Shown one piece after another: positions 47,830 to 59,900 of a DNA stretch of 64,000 nt (position 1 is its first letter; every line of letters starts with the position of its first letter). The DNA comes from Octopus sinensis. Its lineage: Eukaryota. The position numbers and the translations under genes are program-made. The stretch covers positions 33,976,001-34,040,000 of the forward strand of contig NC_043009.1 of assembly GCF_006345805.1 (NCBI RefSeq), read 5' to 3'. Below the pieces are notes generated by a model. That model did not search any database. It was not told the origin of the DNA and worked only from the letters and a program-made list of their open reading frames with translations.

Positions 47830-48800
47830 CGTGTGTGATAGAAAAAGTACTGTCAAACATACTTAAAGTTCTTCTTTCCCAGCACGCGTCAAAACATCTT
47901 TTCCATTGTGTGCATGTATATTTAGATGGAAGTGAAAAGAATCAAGTTCATTGCTCTCCTGCACACAGTCCACAACAAGTCCGACATTGCCAAGTGGATG
48001 CCATTGTCAGCTGGATGACTGTCCACAGAGTTACAGTGAGGTTCAAGAATGGGAAAGACCTCAAAGATCAACCTCAATCAGGCAGACTTCAAGTTGTCAA
48101 CTGTTTGGCTGAGTGAAAGGCCTTCAAAAGTGATCTGAAACTTAAAATGACTGCACTTGTGAAGAACAACCTCTCTGTGACCATGATGTCCGGGTCTATC
48201 AAGAAGGAGGGTGACAAGAGGTTGTGGTGCATGGAAAGGCCTCTACTGACCGACTGTGTGTAAGAAGAATGTTGGGAGTGCTGTCATCACCTCCTCAATG
48301 ACTTAAAGTGTCATAGCAATCGAATTCTCATTTTTCCTAATGAAAAATCCTTCGAACAGAATGACTGCACGGTCAGCTTTGGCCAGGAGGTCTCTGAGGT
48401 CTGCTACATGTCCACAACTAAGCACCCAGCCTTCATAATGATGCTTAGCATCATAGCTTTGAATGGTGAGAAGATGCCGCTGGCGTGGTTCACAGCCAGT
48501 TACAGGCTCTCCACAGCTGACTACAGGGACATGTTGGCCATGTAAGTCCTGCTCTGGGTGAGAAAGATCACAATGATGGTGGACTATGTCTTTCAGCAGG
48601 ACAGTGCCAAGGCCATGCAAGAGTGATTGGGGTCAAACACAAACTTCTGGTCGCAGAACTTTTAGCCACCACAGTCACCCAACCTCATCCACCTTGACTA
48701 CAGAGTGCGGGTGCATATCAAGTGCAAGGTCCAGCACAGCAACATCAACAAGCTGAAGTCCTCTGTCAACCATGTGTGGGCCAGCATGTTTTCAGAGGTT
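47830..48800 (+). pseudogene. Degenerate maT-like Tc1/mariner transposase
   Basis: F.NEKSF, TTKHPA.IMML, YVFQQDSA, PPQSPNL..LDY, HSNINKLKSSVNHVWASM. Confidence 0.8.
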
Positions 48801-50615
48801 AGATTGCACAGCAGCACCTGCTCTGTGGTCGAAGTAAACGGCCATCAATCAGAGCCATTTAGCATAGTATGCTCAGTCCATTGGGGCTGCCCATTCTCTC
48901 CTCTTCTGTATATGCTGGCTCTCGAGTCACTACTATGGAAGTTGGAAAAATTGAGAGGCATCCCTTTTGAACTTGGACATGGGAGGACAGTGTTAGCATA
49001 TGCAGACGATGCCACCATCAAAATGGTGATGATCATCTCCATTCTAGAGGAATATGAATTGGTTGGTGGGGCCAAAATCAATGCTGAGAAGTTAGTGGGA
49101 TTGCACCTGGGCACCTGGCAAGGCAGGTCAATGTTGTCAAATGGTGACATTGGATTTTGGACTGATGGGCCAGTTAAACTGCTCAGGCCAGCTAAACTCT
49201 CTCAGGCGGAGGTGACAAAACAAGGTGGCTAGTCTTACTCAGAAATGGGCAGAGAGAAAGCTGTCCTTGGAAGGTTGGACAGAGGTGGTGAATGCCTACA
49301 TTGCTTCCATCATCATTTATCATTTGACCATTGTGACTTGCCCCAGTTATTGCTTGATCAAGTTGGAGTGTCTCTTGTTCATTTTCTTGTGGAAGGAACA
49401 TGTCCCAATAGTAAGATGGTATGGTCAGTCTGCTGCCAGCTCCCTTCTGAGTGGTGGCTAAAGCATGCTGTGGCTTTTGATATGCAGACACATTCAGATT
49501 GCACCACCTGTAACAGTTTCTAGAAGGTGAATGTGTGTGGGCTCCATTTGTGAGGCGTGTCTTTCTGCAACTTATCTTTTTAATGGAGCTGCAGCCCTGG
49601 GTGAAGGATAGACCAAGACTGGGTGCCCTTAACCTAGAATGTCTTCAAGTACTCACTGTCCTCTACCAGTCAGGCAATAGGATTGGTGGATGTTTCACTT
49701 TAGCTATATATAGAGGATTAGTGGTGGGAAATTTTGACGACATCCTAGGAGAGACTCTGGACATCAACAAAGATGGACTGGGTAGTCTATTCTGGAGGTC
49801 TTTTCATTTGGGGATTATTATGGATAATTTCCAGATGTCTTTGGCTTGGCAGTGCTACCAGGGGGCACTACCAGTTCAAGATAAACTCTACAGGTATGGA
49901 TGTGCTGTCAAATGAGCTTGTCCAAGATGGACGCAGAGTGACGAAACGGTTCTGCATGCACTTGTTGAGTGTCCAGGAATTGCTGACTTGTGGAGTTATG
50001 TCTAACAGCTGCTGTCACGTGTGGGATGGGTCTGTCTGTTATTCAAGTCCATAGTGATGACTGCCCTGCTGCCCTTCTTTAATCATACAGACAAGGCAGT
50101 TTTCCTTTGCTTGGTCACTGTAGCAAGAGAGGTTGTCTGGTGGATAAGGCTGAAAGGAATGAGGACAGAGACATTCCTACTAGGTAAAGCTCTCATTGAC
50201 TTTTTCAAGTTGGGGTGGAGAGGAAGGTGCTGTCTTTGAGTGAATTTATCAAAAGGTGGGTGAAAGTTGCAAAAATGTTAAGAGCTGATGGTACCACTTT
50301 AAGCGTAGAGCTGTGAGTCTGAAGAAAGGAGTGGGAAAGGACACTTGTCCTTGGCATTCAGGGTGATCTTGGATAGTGGGGTTCTTTGATCATCCCTGGA
50401 GATCCTCCTGTATCAGGATGCCATCACTATCCCTTATTTTTTACTTGTTCTTCTTAGTGCTCTCTACACTATGCACACTTCCCTTCTTTTAATGTATACT
50501 GTGTATACTTTTCCTTTTTTATCATTCCATTATATGTACCCCCCCCCATACTCTTCGTCTGTCTTTGTATTATCCCCCTCATTCTTCGCAGTGGTGGCAA
50601 ATAAAAGAAATAATT
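48800..50615 (+). mobile_element. 5'-truncated L1/Tx1-clade LINE (RT C-half, zinc finger, 3' UTR)
   Basis: WGCPFSPLLYML, AYADDATI, GAKIN, KWAERKLSL, CP..T..DETVLHALVEC; A-rich end gcaaataaaagaaa. Confidence 0.88.
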
Positions 50616-50635
50616 GTTTTTGTTGTTGTTGTTGC

Positions 50636-50659
<24 letters not shown>

Positions 50660-50666
<7 letters not shown>

Positions 50667-50915
50667 TTGAGCAAGACACTTTATTTCATGTTGCTCCAGT
50701 TCACTCAGTTGTAGAAATGAGTTGCGACATCACTGGTGCCAAGCTGTATCGGCCTTTGCCCTTCCCTTGAATAACATTAGTGGTGTAGAGAGAGGAGGCT
50801 GGTCTGCATGGGCGACTGCTGGCCTTCCATAAACAACCTTGCCCGGACTTGTACCTCGGAGGGTAACTTTCTTGGTGCAATCCCATGGTCATTCATGACC
50901 GAAAGGGGTCTCCCC
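50660..50915 (+). mobile_element. 5'-truncated CORE-type SINE
   Basis: ttgagcaagacactttatttcatgttgctccag body. Confidence 0.7.
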
Positions 50916-51795
50916 ATTAGTATTGTTGTTATTATTATTATTATTATTATTGTCATTATTATTAATACTGTAGAGAAATTTCACTCAACCTGGACTCTTT
51001 TAGATTTAAAACATTGCAGCTAATTCAGATAATGAAACATTACATATTACATTTTTTCACCAGGCCTCTACCTTATCCTTAATGCCTTGTCTAAAAGCTG
51101 TCTTTTTGGCCTCATGGGAAATATTACTAAAGGTTTGAGGGGCTGCCTTTCTGTATGTTTGTGTGACACTGTTATTTAGTAGCTTTGTGTATACATCATT
51201 ATCTACCCTGAATTAATTTTTAGGAATGAGATTAATTTTTCGCGAGGGTAGTGTCAGAGCCAACCCAAGGGGCATAACTCTAATGAAGAAAAATTTTCCT
51301 CCCTCGATTTCTCCCGTGATTTTTTGTTTTTTGTTTCATGTTTTTAGGACACCCACAAACCAAATGTGACACTTTTAGACATCCAGTGGCCAAGAAGTAT
51401 TGCCATATTTTCCCTACCAATCCTTCTGGTGAGAGATTGGATTTCCTAAACCCTTGTGGAAGAAACTAACTGGAAAAAAATCAGCTGAAATAAGTCTATG
51501 ATACTGTACTGTAGCACACATATGAATGCACACACACACACATATATCAATGTATGTGTGCCTTTCTGATTGCGTTTATCCTCCACACCACTTGACAAGT
51601 GGTGCATTCCTGTAACTTAGCAGTTCATCAAGAGAGCAATAGAATGAGTACCAGGCTTTGGAAAAAAAAAAAAGTAATGGTGGTGGGAGTGGTGCAGCTA
51701 TTTGTTCAACTAAAATTCTTCAACAGTGCTCCAGCATGGCCATAGTTTAATGACTGAAACAAGTAAAACATAAAAAGTAAAAAATATATACATAC

Positions 51796-51840
<45 letters not shown>

Positions 51841-51868
51841 TGTGTATATATATATATATGTGTATATA

Positions 51869-51899
<31 letters not shown>

Positions 51900-52167
51900 G
51901 TATATATATATATATATATGTCTTTAACTTTTATCTTTAATTTCTTTTGGTCATAAAACTGCAGCCATGCTGGAGCATTGCCTTGTAGAATTTTAGATGA
52001 ACAAATCGACTCTCAGTACTTATATTTATTTTTTTAAAGCCTGGTACTTATTCTATTGGTCTCTTTTGCCAAAACTCTAAGTTATGGGGGTGTAAACACC
52101 CCAACACTGGTTGTCAAGTGGTGGTGGGGACAAACACAGACACACACTCACACAGATATTATATATA

Positions 52168-52710
52168 GATGCAGGAGTGGCTGTGTGGTAAGTAGCTTGC
52201 TTACCAACTACATGGTTCCGGGTTCAGTCCCACTGCATGGCACCTCGGGCAAGTGTCTTCTCCTATAGCCTTGGGCCTACCAAAGCCTTGTGAGTAGATT
52301 TGGTAGATGGAAACTGAAAGAAGCCTGTCGTACACACACACACATTATATATATATATATAAAGGGAAAGTTTACGAAAATAAACAAAAGACGAAGGCAG
52401 GTGGTGTACAAACAAACAAATGTATTAGTATAGCGCTCAGGAATAGAAAAAGTCTTTTACGTTTCGAGCCTACACTCTTCTACAGAAAGATACACATATA
52501 ATATATATGTTTGTGTGTCTGTATTTGTCCCCCCATCATCGTTTGACAACCGATGTTAGTCTGTTTACGTCTCCGTAACTTAGCGGTTTGGCAAAAGAGA
52601 CTCATAGAAGTACTAGGCTTACAAAGAATAAGTCCTGGGGTCAATTTGTTCGACTAAAGCCTGCAGCCATACTGGATCACTGCCTTTAGTCAAACAAATT
52701 GACCCCAGGC
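52168..52710 (+). mobile_element. CORE SINE with a Penelope-like terminal fragment in its central microsatellite
   Basis: Head at 52168; minus-strand ctgtagaagagtgtaggctcgaaacgtaaaagac at about 52450-52485; tail resumes near 52500. Confidence 0.8.
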
Positions 52711-53224
52711 TAAAACGACAATGCTAAAATGTATTTGAAACAATGGACAACAGTCAAAAGAATATATAGTTGAAAAAAAGATTAGAGATCTATACAAGAC
52801 AAATTTTTATATATAAAAGATGGAGGTGGAAATAGCACAAAAGTAAGTCCAAGACATTTCAATTTAAGAGGAAATTTAATAAGAATGATTTTTAAAATTA
52901 TATAAGAAAATATTATCGGTTTTGATGAATCTCATCTTATCAAAAATCAGTAAAAATTTATAAAAATTTGAAATAAAAACAGTTTATCTTCCGTCTGGGG
53001 GTCAAGAATATGTCTGGAGATTTTTAGTTGAAGTCTTCTTTAAATATAGTTTGGTATAGAGTTCAAAGTGTTAGAGAGTGAGAGAAGGAGCAAACCCGAA
53101 GTTTCTACCTTTAAAAACAAGGAATTACAACATCTTTACTTGTGTGATTTTTTGCTACCCTGGTAACTATTTATCTATTTTTTCCGTGTTAATTGTTAAC
53201 AAGGGAAAAGTACACTCATCTATT

Positions 53225-53925
53225 TATATATATATATCAGCCCACTTATGAATGGCTTTCCTCCCTTGGACACAAAGACCTGTTGAGGCAAGCGAAGTCG
53301 ATATAGAACCTCATCCGACGACAGGCACCCATGCCAACCCCCTTTGCTTGCGAAGACATGTTGGGGCAAGCGAAATCGAAATCAAATTGAACCAGCCAGG
53401 ATCCCTGGTCTGGTGGTACGTAAAAAGCACTATCCGACTCGTGGCCAATGCCAGCGCCGCCTCGACTGGCTTCCGTGCCGGTGGCACGTAAAATACACCA
53501 ATCCGACCGTACGACAGGCACCCATGCCAACCCCCTTTGCTTGCGAAGACATGTTGGGGCAAGCGAAATCAAAATCGAATTGAACCAGCCAGGATCCCTG
53601 GTCTGGTGGTACGTAAAAAGCACTATCCAACTCGTGGCCGATGCCAGCACCGCCTCGACTGGCTTCCGTGCCGGTGGCACATAAAATACACCAATCCGAC
53701 CGTGGCCGTTGCCAGCCTCGCCTGGCACCTGTGCAGGTGGCACGTAAAAAGCACCCACTACACTCACGGAGTGGTTGGCGTTAGGAAGGGCATCCAGCTG
53801 TAGAAACATTTCCAGATAAGACTGGAGCCTGGTGCAGCCTTCTGGCTTCCCAGATCCCCGGTCGAATCGTCCAACCCATGCTAGCATGGAGAACGGACGT
53901 TAAATGATGATGATGATGATGATGA
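53225..53925 (+). mobile_element. RTE-type 3' UTR with a 193-bp internal tandem duplication
   Basis: 53318-53510 repeated at 53511-53703; starts cagcccacttatg like the 35120 copy; (GAT)n tail. Confidence 0.88.
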
Positions 53926-53967
53926 TATAATATGTATATACATACATATATATATATATGTATATAC

Positions 53968-53998
<31 letters not shown>

Positions 53999-54150
53999 CA
54001 TCATCATCATCATCGTTTAATGTCCGCTTTCCATGGTAGCACGGGTTGGACGATTTTGCATGGAAAGCGATATATATATATTTACATGCCAAAATCTACC
54101 AGTAAATAATTGTTAGTTTTTAAAAAATGATTAAAGCTATTATTTACTCT

Positions 54151-54193
<43 letters not shown>

Positions 54194-54834
54194 ATTATGC
54201 AGATGAGAGAGGGTAAAGTGTTAACTACTTTAAAGAACTAAAGAGACAGTTCCAGATACTCTTGAAGTTAAAGACTTACATTAGATTAATGTAGTTCAGT
54301 TGTGAGGGCTGAAGTTATATTTGTACACACAAATACCCATTCACCTTACCCTTTTCTTTACTAAATTGTGAGAGATTCTCAAAGAGGTCATTATATGTCA
54401 GTAAAATGTATAATTACAAGGAAATAAGAATTAACAAGAATCTTTGGTTCAGATACATATAAACACTTTCTTCTTTTTCACACGCACATACATGCACTCA
54501 ATCTCTCTCCCTGCATGCACATATACATATGCTTGAACACACACACACACACACACACACTCTCTCTCTCTCTCTCTCTCTCTAACTTTCTCTTACATAA
54601 ACTTTAAAGAGGAATGTTAGCAATATGAAATGGAACTTGTAAATAGCCATAGGTCACATGATTCATGCCATGAAATATTAGTAGGACTTCATTATACTAC
54701 TGGGACAAAAGTCTGAAAACAAAAATCACACACACACACACACATCACATGTTATGTTTGCTTACTATTAAGAAAAAGTAAAATAAAAAGAAACATCACT
54801 GAATGTAAAAATATAATGCAATACAAATAAAGAT

Positions 54835-57356
54835 ACTGAGTGGGCTACCTACAGTTTCATGCTTTGCAGGTAATGCTGCCTAAGCACATATCTGTGCATT
54901 AGCAGCCACAGCATGCCTAAGCCACTATGTAGAGGGAACTAGTAGCTAGTGAAACACCTGACCAATGGAACATATCCCTTGCACAAGATTTTGAACAAGA
55001 GATGCTTCAGCCTGATCAGACAGTAACTAGGGAAAGGCATGACAGTCAGCTGGTAAACAATAACAGAGATACTGTTGTCATTCAAGACCTCTGCCTCGAC
55101 CTTTTAGGGACAGCTTCCTTTTGGCCCTTTCTGTGTAAGACTAGCCACTCTGTTTGTTACCTTGTTCAGATTCCAGTCCACCGGGAGGTTGAAACTGAAC
55201 CAGGCACCAAGTAGTTGAACTGCTCCACTGGTCAAGTACTCCGTGATGCCATCAGACATGGATCTGCTTTGCCAGGTGCTAATCTGCAAGCCTACTGATT
55301 TTCCTGTGTTAATCTTGATCCTAGCCACTATCCCATATTTCAATGCTGCTTACTATCTCTACTTTGGTGGCATCTGAAAGTATGATGCTGATGTCATCTG
55401 CATACATTGACTAGAACTTCCAGAAAGCCAGTTTGAAAGGGATGCCCAGCTTCAGCAGCAAAGACTTATGAGCCAGCATGCATGAAAACAGAAAAAGAGC
55501 AGGCAGTCCTGGTGAAGTGTGTGATGCAAAATAGTTCTCAGAGGTGGCTGTTTACTTTAACCACTGAGCAGATGTTGCTGTGTATTGTAGTGATCCAACC
55601 TCTGAAAATAGGTTTAAACGCAGCTTGCAAGCAATGATGCTTAACCTTTTCAACAGTTTTCAGCTGATGTAAATTGATCAGGGTCCCACTAAAACCAGTT
55701 TTTTCCCACTTCTGTCTCTCATGCATTGCATAAGGTGGAGGCTATTGGGAACAGATCTGTTCAGAATGACACACATTTGCACTTCCTTGGCTAGACCATC
55801 AATGAAAAGTGGCAACCTTTTTGCTAACACCTTTGCCAGAATCTTAAATTTTGTGTGTAGCAAAGTTGTGAGCTGAAAATTGTCCCCTTTATCAGAATCC
55901 TTTAGTACCATTATCACTCTAAGGCCCACATCATTAGAAATTCTTCCATTCTGCTGCTAGTTGTGACAGATTCTGCCAAGAAGTTGTCAAACAATTCTGG
56001 TATGAACTCAGAATCTGTAGTATAGACCATCCAAAACAAGTGGCTTGTAACTTGCACAACTGGTCATCACCATCTGTATTTCAACAGCTGTTATTGGTTT
56101 TTGCAGAATGTGACATCTGCTGGAGCTGTGGTAGGCCACCAAGATAAGAAGTAAAGTCTAATGCACTCTCTGACTCATCATCTGCTCCAAGCTGTCAAGC
56201 AAAGTACTGCTCGGAAGTTACATACAATTGCTCTGAACTGAGTAGCACATGATTGTCCCAATCTATCAAAGAACTTAATGTATTATTTTTGCCACAAAAT
56301 GCCATTACAAGTTGGGCCTATTGGACGGCTTTTGCTCCCTCAAGTTTTAGTACATGAGCCTTAACTCTGACAATGTTTCACATGAAAAAAATGGCCAAGG
56401 ACTAGCATAGCAGCCATGATGTCTTTACTAAATGCCTATTCAAAATTGCTAACTAGTTTTTCCTCCCATCAATTTCTTTCTATCATTAGTTCTTCATTAA
56501 CGACTACTGATTCTACTCTAATTGCTCCTTTTAGAGTGCCTCACCACATATACTCCTGTCAAAAAACCACTTAACTAATTCACTAATCTGGTTCCTGTAA
56601 CGTTTGAGCACCGTTAAGGATTATGTTCAACATCCAGATACTAGTTCCCAAGTTATGAGTCCTACCTAAGTTGAGTGAGCAAACTACAAATTTGTTGTCT
56701 GTGTAACCAGCCAGTTTGAACTGTAAATATCCTACACTGTCCCTATCCACTGCCTTTACAAATACTCTATCTAGATATGATCTAGATGACCCACTGCAGT
56801 TGCTCCATGTCCACACTAGCTCATCAAGGAAATCCAGTTGGTATGTCAGAATTGAAAACTTTGGAGTAGGTTTTCAGTGCTATTGCACTTCACCATCTCC
56901 AATGTGCTAACTCCACACATTCCCTCTGTGCATTTAAAATACAGTTCCAATCCCTCACTAGTAGTAGAATTTGGGATGTCCTCAGGAACACTTCTTGACA
57001 TCTGCAGAAATTTGGCCATCTCATCCCTGTCTGGTCACAGACAACCATTAATCTAAAGGTACCATCCTCTCTGCCATTCATGTCCAGGACCACCACCTTA
57101 CCATTTGTGTCTAGGAAGATTACCTGTACCTTGAGATCGAAGTATTTCTGGAATAAGACTGCCACCCAGCTGCCTGATCCCAACAAACCACAAGATGAAA
57201 ATATCTCTTAGCTGTTGAAATTGGCATGAATGCATGCATACCAAATATCATCGTACCAGTGATGGCTACTACATCTATGCCAAGTGATCTGAGGTCACTG
57301 AGCAAGCTGACCCCAGGCTGTGCACATTTCATACAGCCAACACTGAGGTCAACCAT
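54835..57356 (-). pseudogene. L1/Tx1-clade ORF2 relic (endonuclease and RT)
   Basis: MVDLSVGCM..LRSLGIDVVAI, VRDWNCIL, RSYLDRVFV, YTDNKFV, FKILAKVLAKRL, MYADDISII, KINTGKSVGL. Confidence 0.9.
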
Positions 57357-58315
57357 GCTTCCATGAGGCCCATCACTCGAATGGTGCTATTTATATGCTA
57401 CTGGCATAGATGCCAGTTACATGATGCCAGCATCAGCCATGACTACGATCTCATTTGGCTTGATGGGTTTTCTCAAGCATAGCATATCACCAAAGGTCTT
57501 GGTCATTAGTCATTGTCTCCATGAGGCCCAATGTTCAAAGATCATGCATCACCACCTCGTCCCATGTCTTCCTGGGTCTACCTCTACCACAGGTTCCCTC
57601 CACAGTTAGTGAGTGGCACTTCTTTACAGAGCTGTCTTTGTCCATATACATCACATGACTATACCAATGCAATCACCTCTCTTGCACACCACACTTGATG
57701 CTTCTTATGCCCAAGTTTTCTCTCAAGACAGTTACACTCTGTCATACATGCACACTGACATTGCACATCCAGCGAGGCATACTATCTTTATTTATTTTAA
57801 GCTTACGCATATCCTCAGTGGCCACAGCCTACGTTTTGTTGCCGTGAAGCATAGCTGTTCGCACACAGGCATCATACAGTCTGCCTTTGACTCTGAGAGA
57901 GAGGCTCTTTATTGCCAACAGAGGTAGGAGCTCTCTGAACTTTGCTCAGCCTATTCTTATTGTTGCAGCTATGTTCTTGGAACATCCACCTCCGCTACTA
58001 ACTTGGGTCACCTAAATAACGAAAGCTATCAACTACCTCTAGCTTACCCCTCTGGCAGTTGATAAAGTCTATTTTCTGTACATTTTCAATGTTTATTGTA
58101 CCTGTGCACCTTCCATGCACAAAAATTATTTCCCCAGTTAATCTTCCTATGATATTGATGCACCTCTTGTGTATCCATAGCTTGCACCAGGTACATCTTA
58201 TGAAGTTTCTACCTATGCCTTTCCTACAGATTGAGCAGGGCTGTCTAAGTGAAGGAATTTGTTATTTGTCTGCTTTCCTACTTACTAAGACTTTGTTTTT
58301 TCTAGGTTAACTCTA
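57357..58315 (-). mobile_element. RTE LINE 3' portion
   Basis: tttttctaggttaactctaagg shared with 42810-42830; minus strand gagggaacctgtggtagaggtagacccaggaagacatgggac (GRPRKTW motif). Confidence 0.8.
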
Positions 58316-58559
58316 AGGAATTAATGAAAAGCAATTAATGTTTTGTGGGCAGTAAGAATGATACTAATTCATCTGTTTAAATCTATAATTTTAGTAGTAA
58401 AAATTAGGGCTTTGTTTGACCTTTAAACATTCAAATTGGCTGAATCTGGCTGTAACTGGCCATAACAAGCTACAAATCACATTATTGAATTCTCATAGCT
58501 TTGAGATAATGTGAAATAAGCCTTTCCTGCCTAAACATGAGTATAAATACCATGAGATT

Positions 58560-59000
58560 TTTTAGACATTTTTTTAGTTTTTTTTAAATTCAATGTTCAA
58601 AGACTAATGTCTTTATTAGTATTTACCGATATGGCATCAGCGAGTAGTGATTATGGCTGTGATGGTTTTACACTTGATGATATACAAAATGTAGAAGAGA
58701 ACAACAGTGATTCATTTTTGGATGAATCTGATATACATGTTTATGAATTTTCGTCAGATGAGGAAGAATATTTTGATAGTGAAAATGAAGAAAACATTCA
58801 GGACATAATTCAAAACATTATAGCAACATCTCAAAAATTACATCACTAATTACAATTCCAGATTTCACAGAAAAGAGTGGTCCATAACACAATATACCTT
58901 CTGATAGTGAACCCTTGGATTATTTTTCAAAACTATCACAGAGGAAACAAACAGATATGTCCAATGGATCATTTCTACTCATGGAAGAACCAGTCAATTA
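58560..59000 (+). pseudogene. piggyBac (PGBD-like) transposase N-terminal relic
   Basis: Acidic N-terminus (DSFLDESDI..FSSDEEEYFDSENEE) followed by FTEKSGP*HNIPSDSEPLDYFSKL; no TTAA-CCC termini found. Confidence 0.6.
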
Positions 59001-59469
59001 TGGCAGCCATAGTGGATTGTAGAATATGTTGAATAAAATCATAATTAACTGATCCTCCTGTATTTTCTTTTATCTAAAGCCAGGAACTTTTCAGCATCCC
59101 CTCATAGATAGGCAAACAAATAGGCACAGAAAGACAGATAGACACATATACACATACTTACATACATATATATATATATAGAGAGAGACTTAAGATGATG
59201 TATAAAAAATTCAGAAACTGTTATGGCTTGCCATTATAGTTTTTAAATGTTAATATTTCATGGTTGTAATTCACCAATGGTTTGTTTCTCTTATTTAATA
59301 AATGAAATTTTTGTCAGTAATATTTCAACTGCAATGTATAAACATAATTGGCACTCATGTGTTTCAATCCCATATTATTCTGCAGAGATTAAAATCAAAA
59401 CGTGTCAAAGGTCCTTCCCAATCATAAAACAGATTTCTCAGATTCTGTGGTGTATATATTCTCCCATTA

Positions 59470-59900
59470 GACTGCTAGAGAAAACTGCCGTTTTTTCTAG
59501 TGGTGTCATATGAAATTGTCACCCATAATTATGACCCTAGTATTGATCTATTGCATTTCAATCTATTTTAGATTCAGGGTTAGTTAGGGTTAGGGTTTAG
59601 GGGTGGGGGAAGGGTATCTTTTTTTCTTCACAAATGTAAATAAACCCAATCTGTTTCTTAAACGAGGGACATATTCATACAGCACAGAATGCTTTCACCT
59701 CAATAGACGGTCACTGATTGGTTGAAATTGCCGAAATGCAAGAAATTAAAGATGAAATATGTTACAAACTACAGAATTTTCTCAAGAAAGCCAAGAGAAA
59801 ATGATGTTTTATAAACACATTCTCCCAGTATACGAAGTTTAAAATTTTTTAGTTACCTAGAAATTATGTTAAAAACTGCCATTCAAGCCGAAAAGGTCCT
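59470..59900. repeat. Unclassified element containing a few TTAGGG-like units
   Basis: cagggttagttagggttagggtttagggg at about 59575-59605. Confidence 0.4.

Noticed and set aside
52720-53200. Possible transposase remnant (LYQTIFKEDFN) on the minus strand
   Set aside because: One short motif with stops; insufficient to classify.
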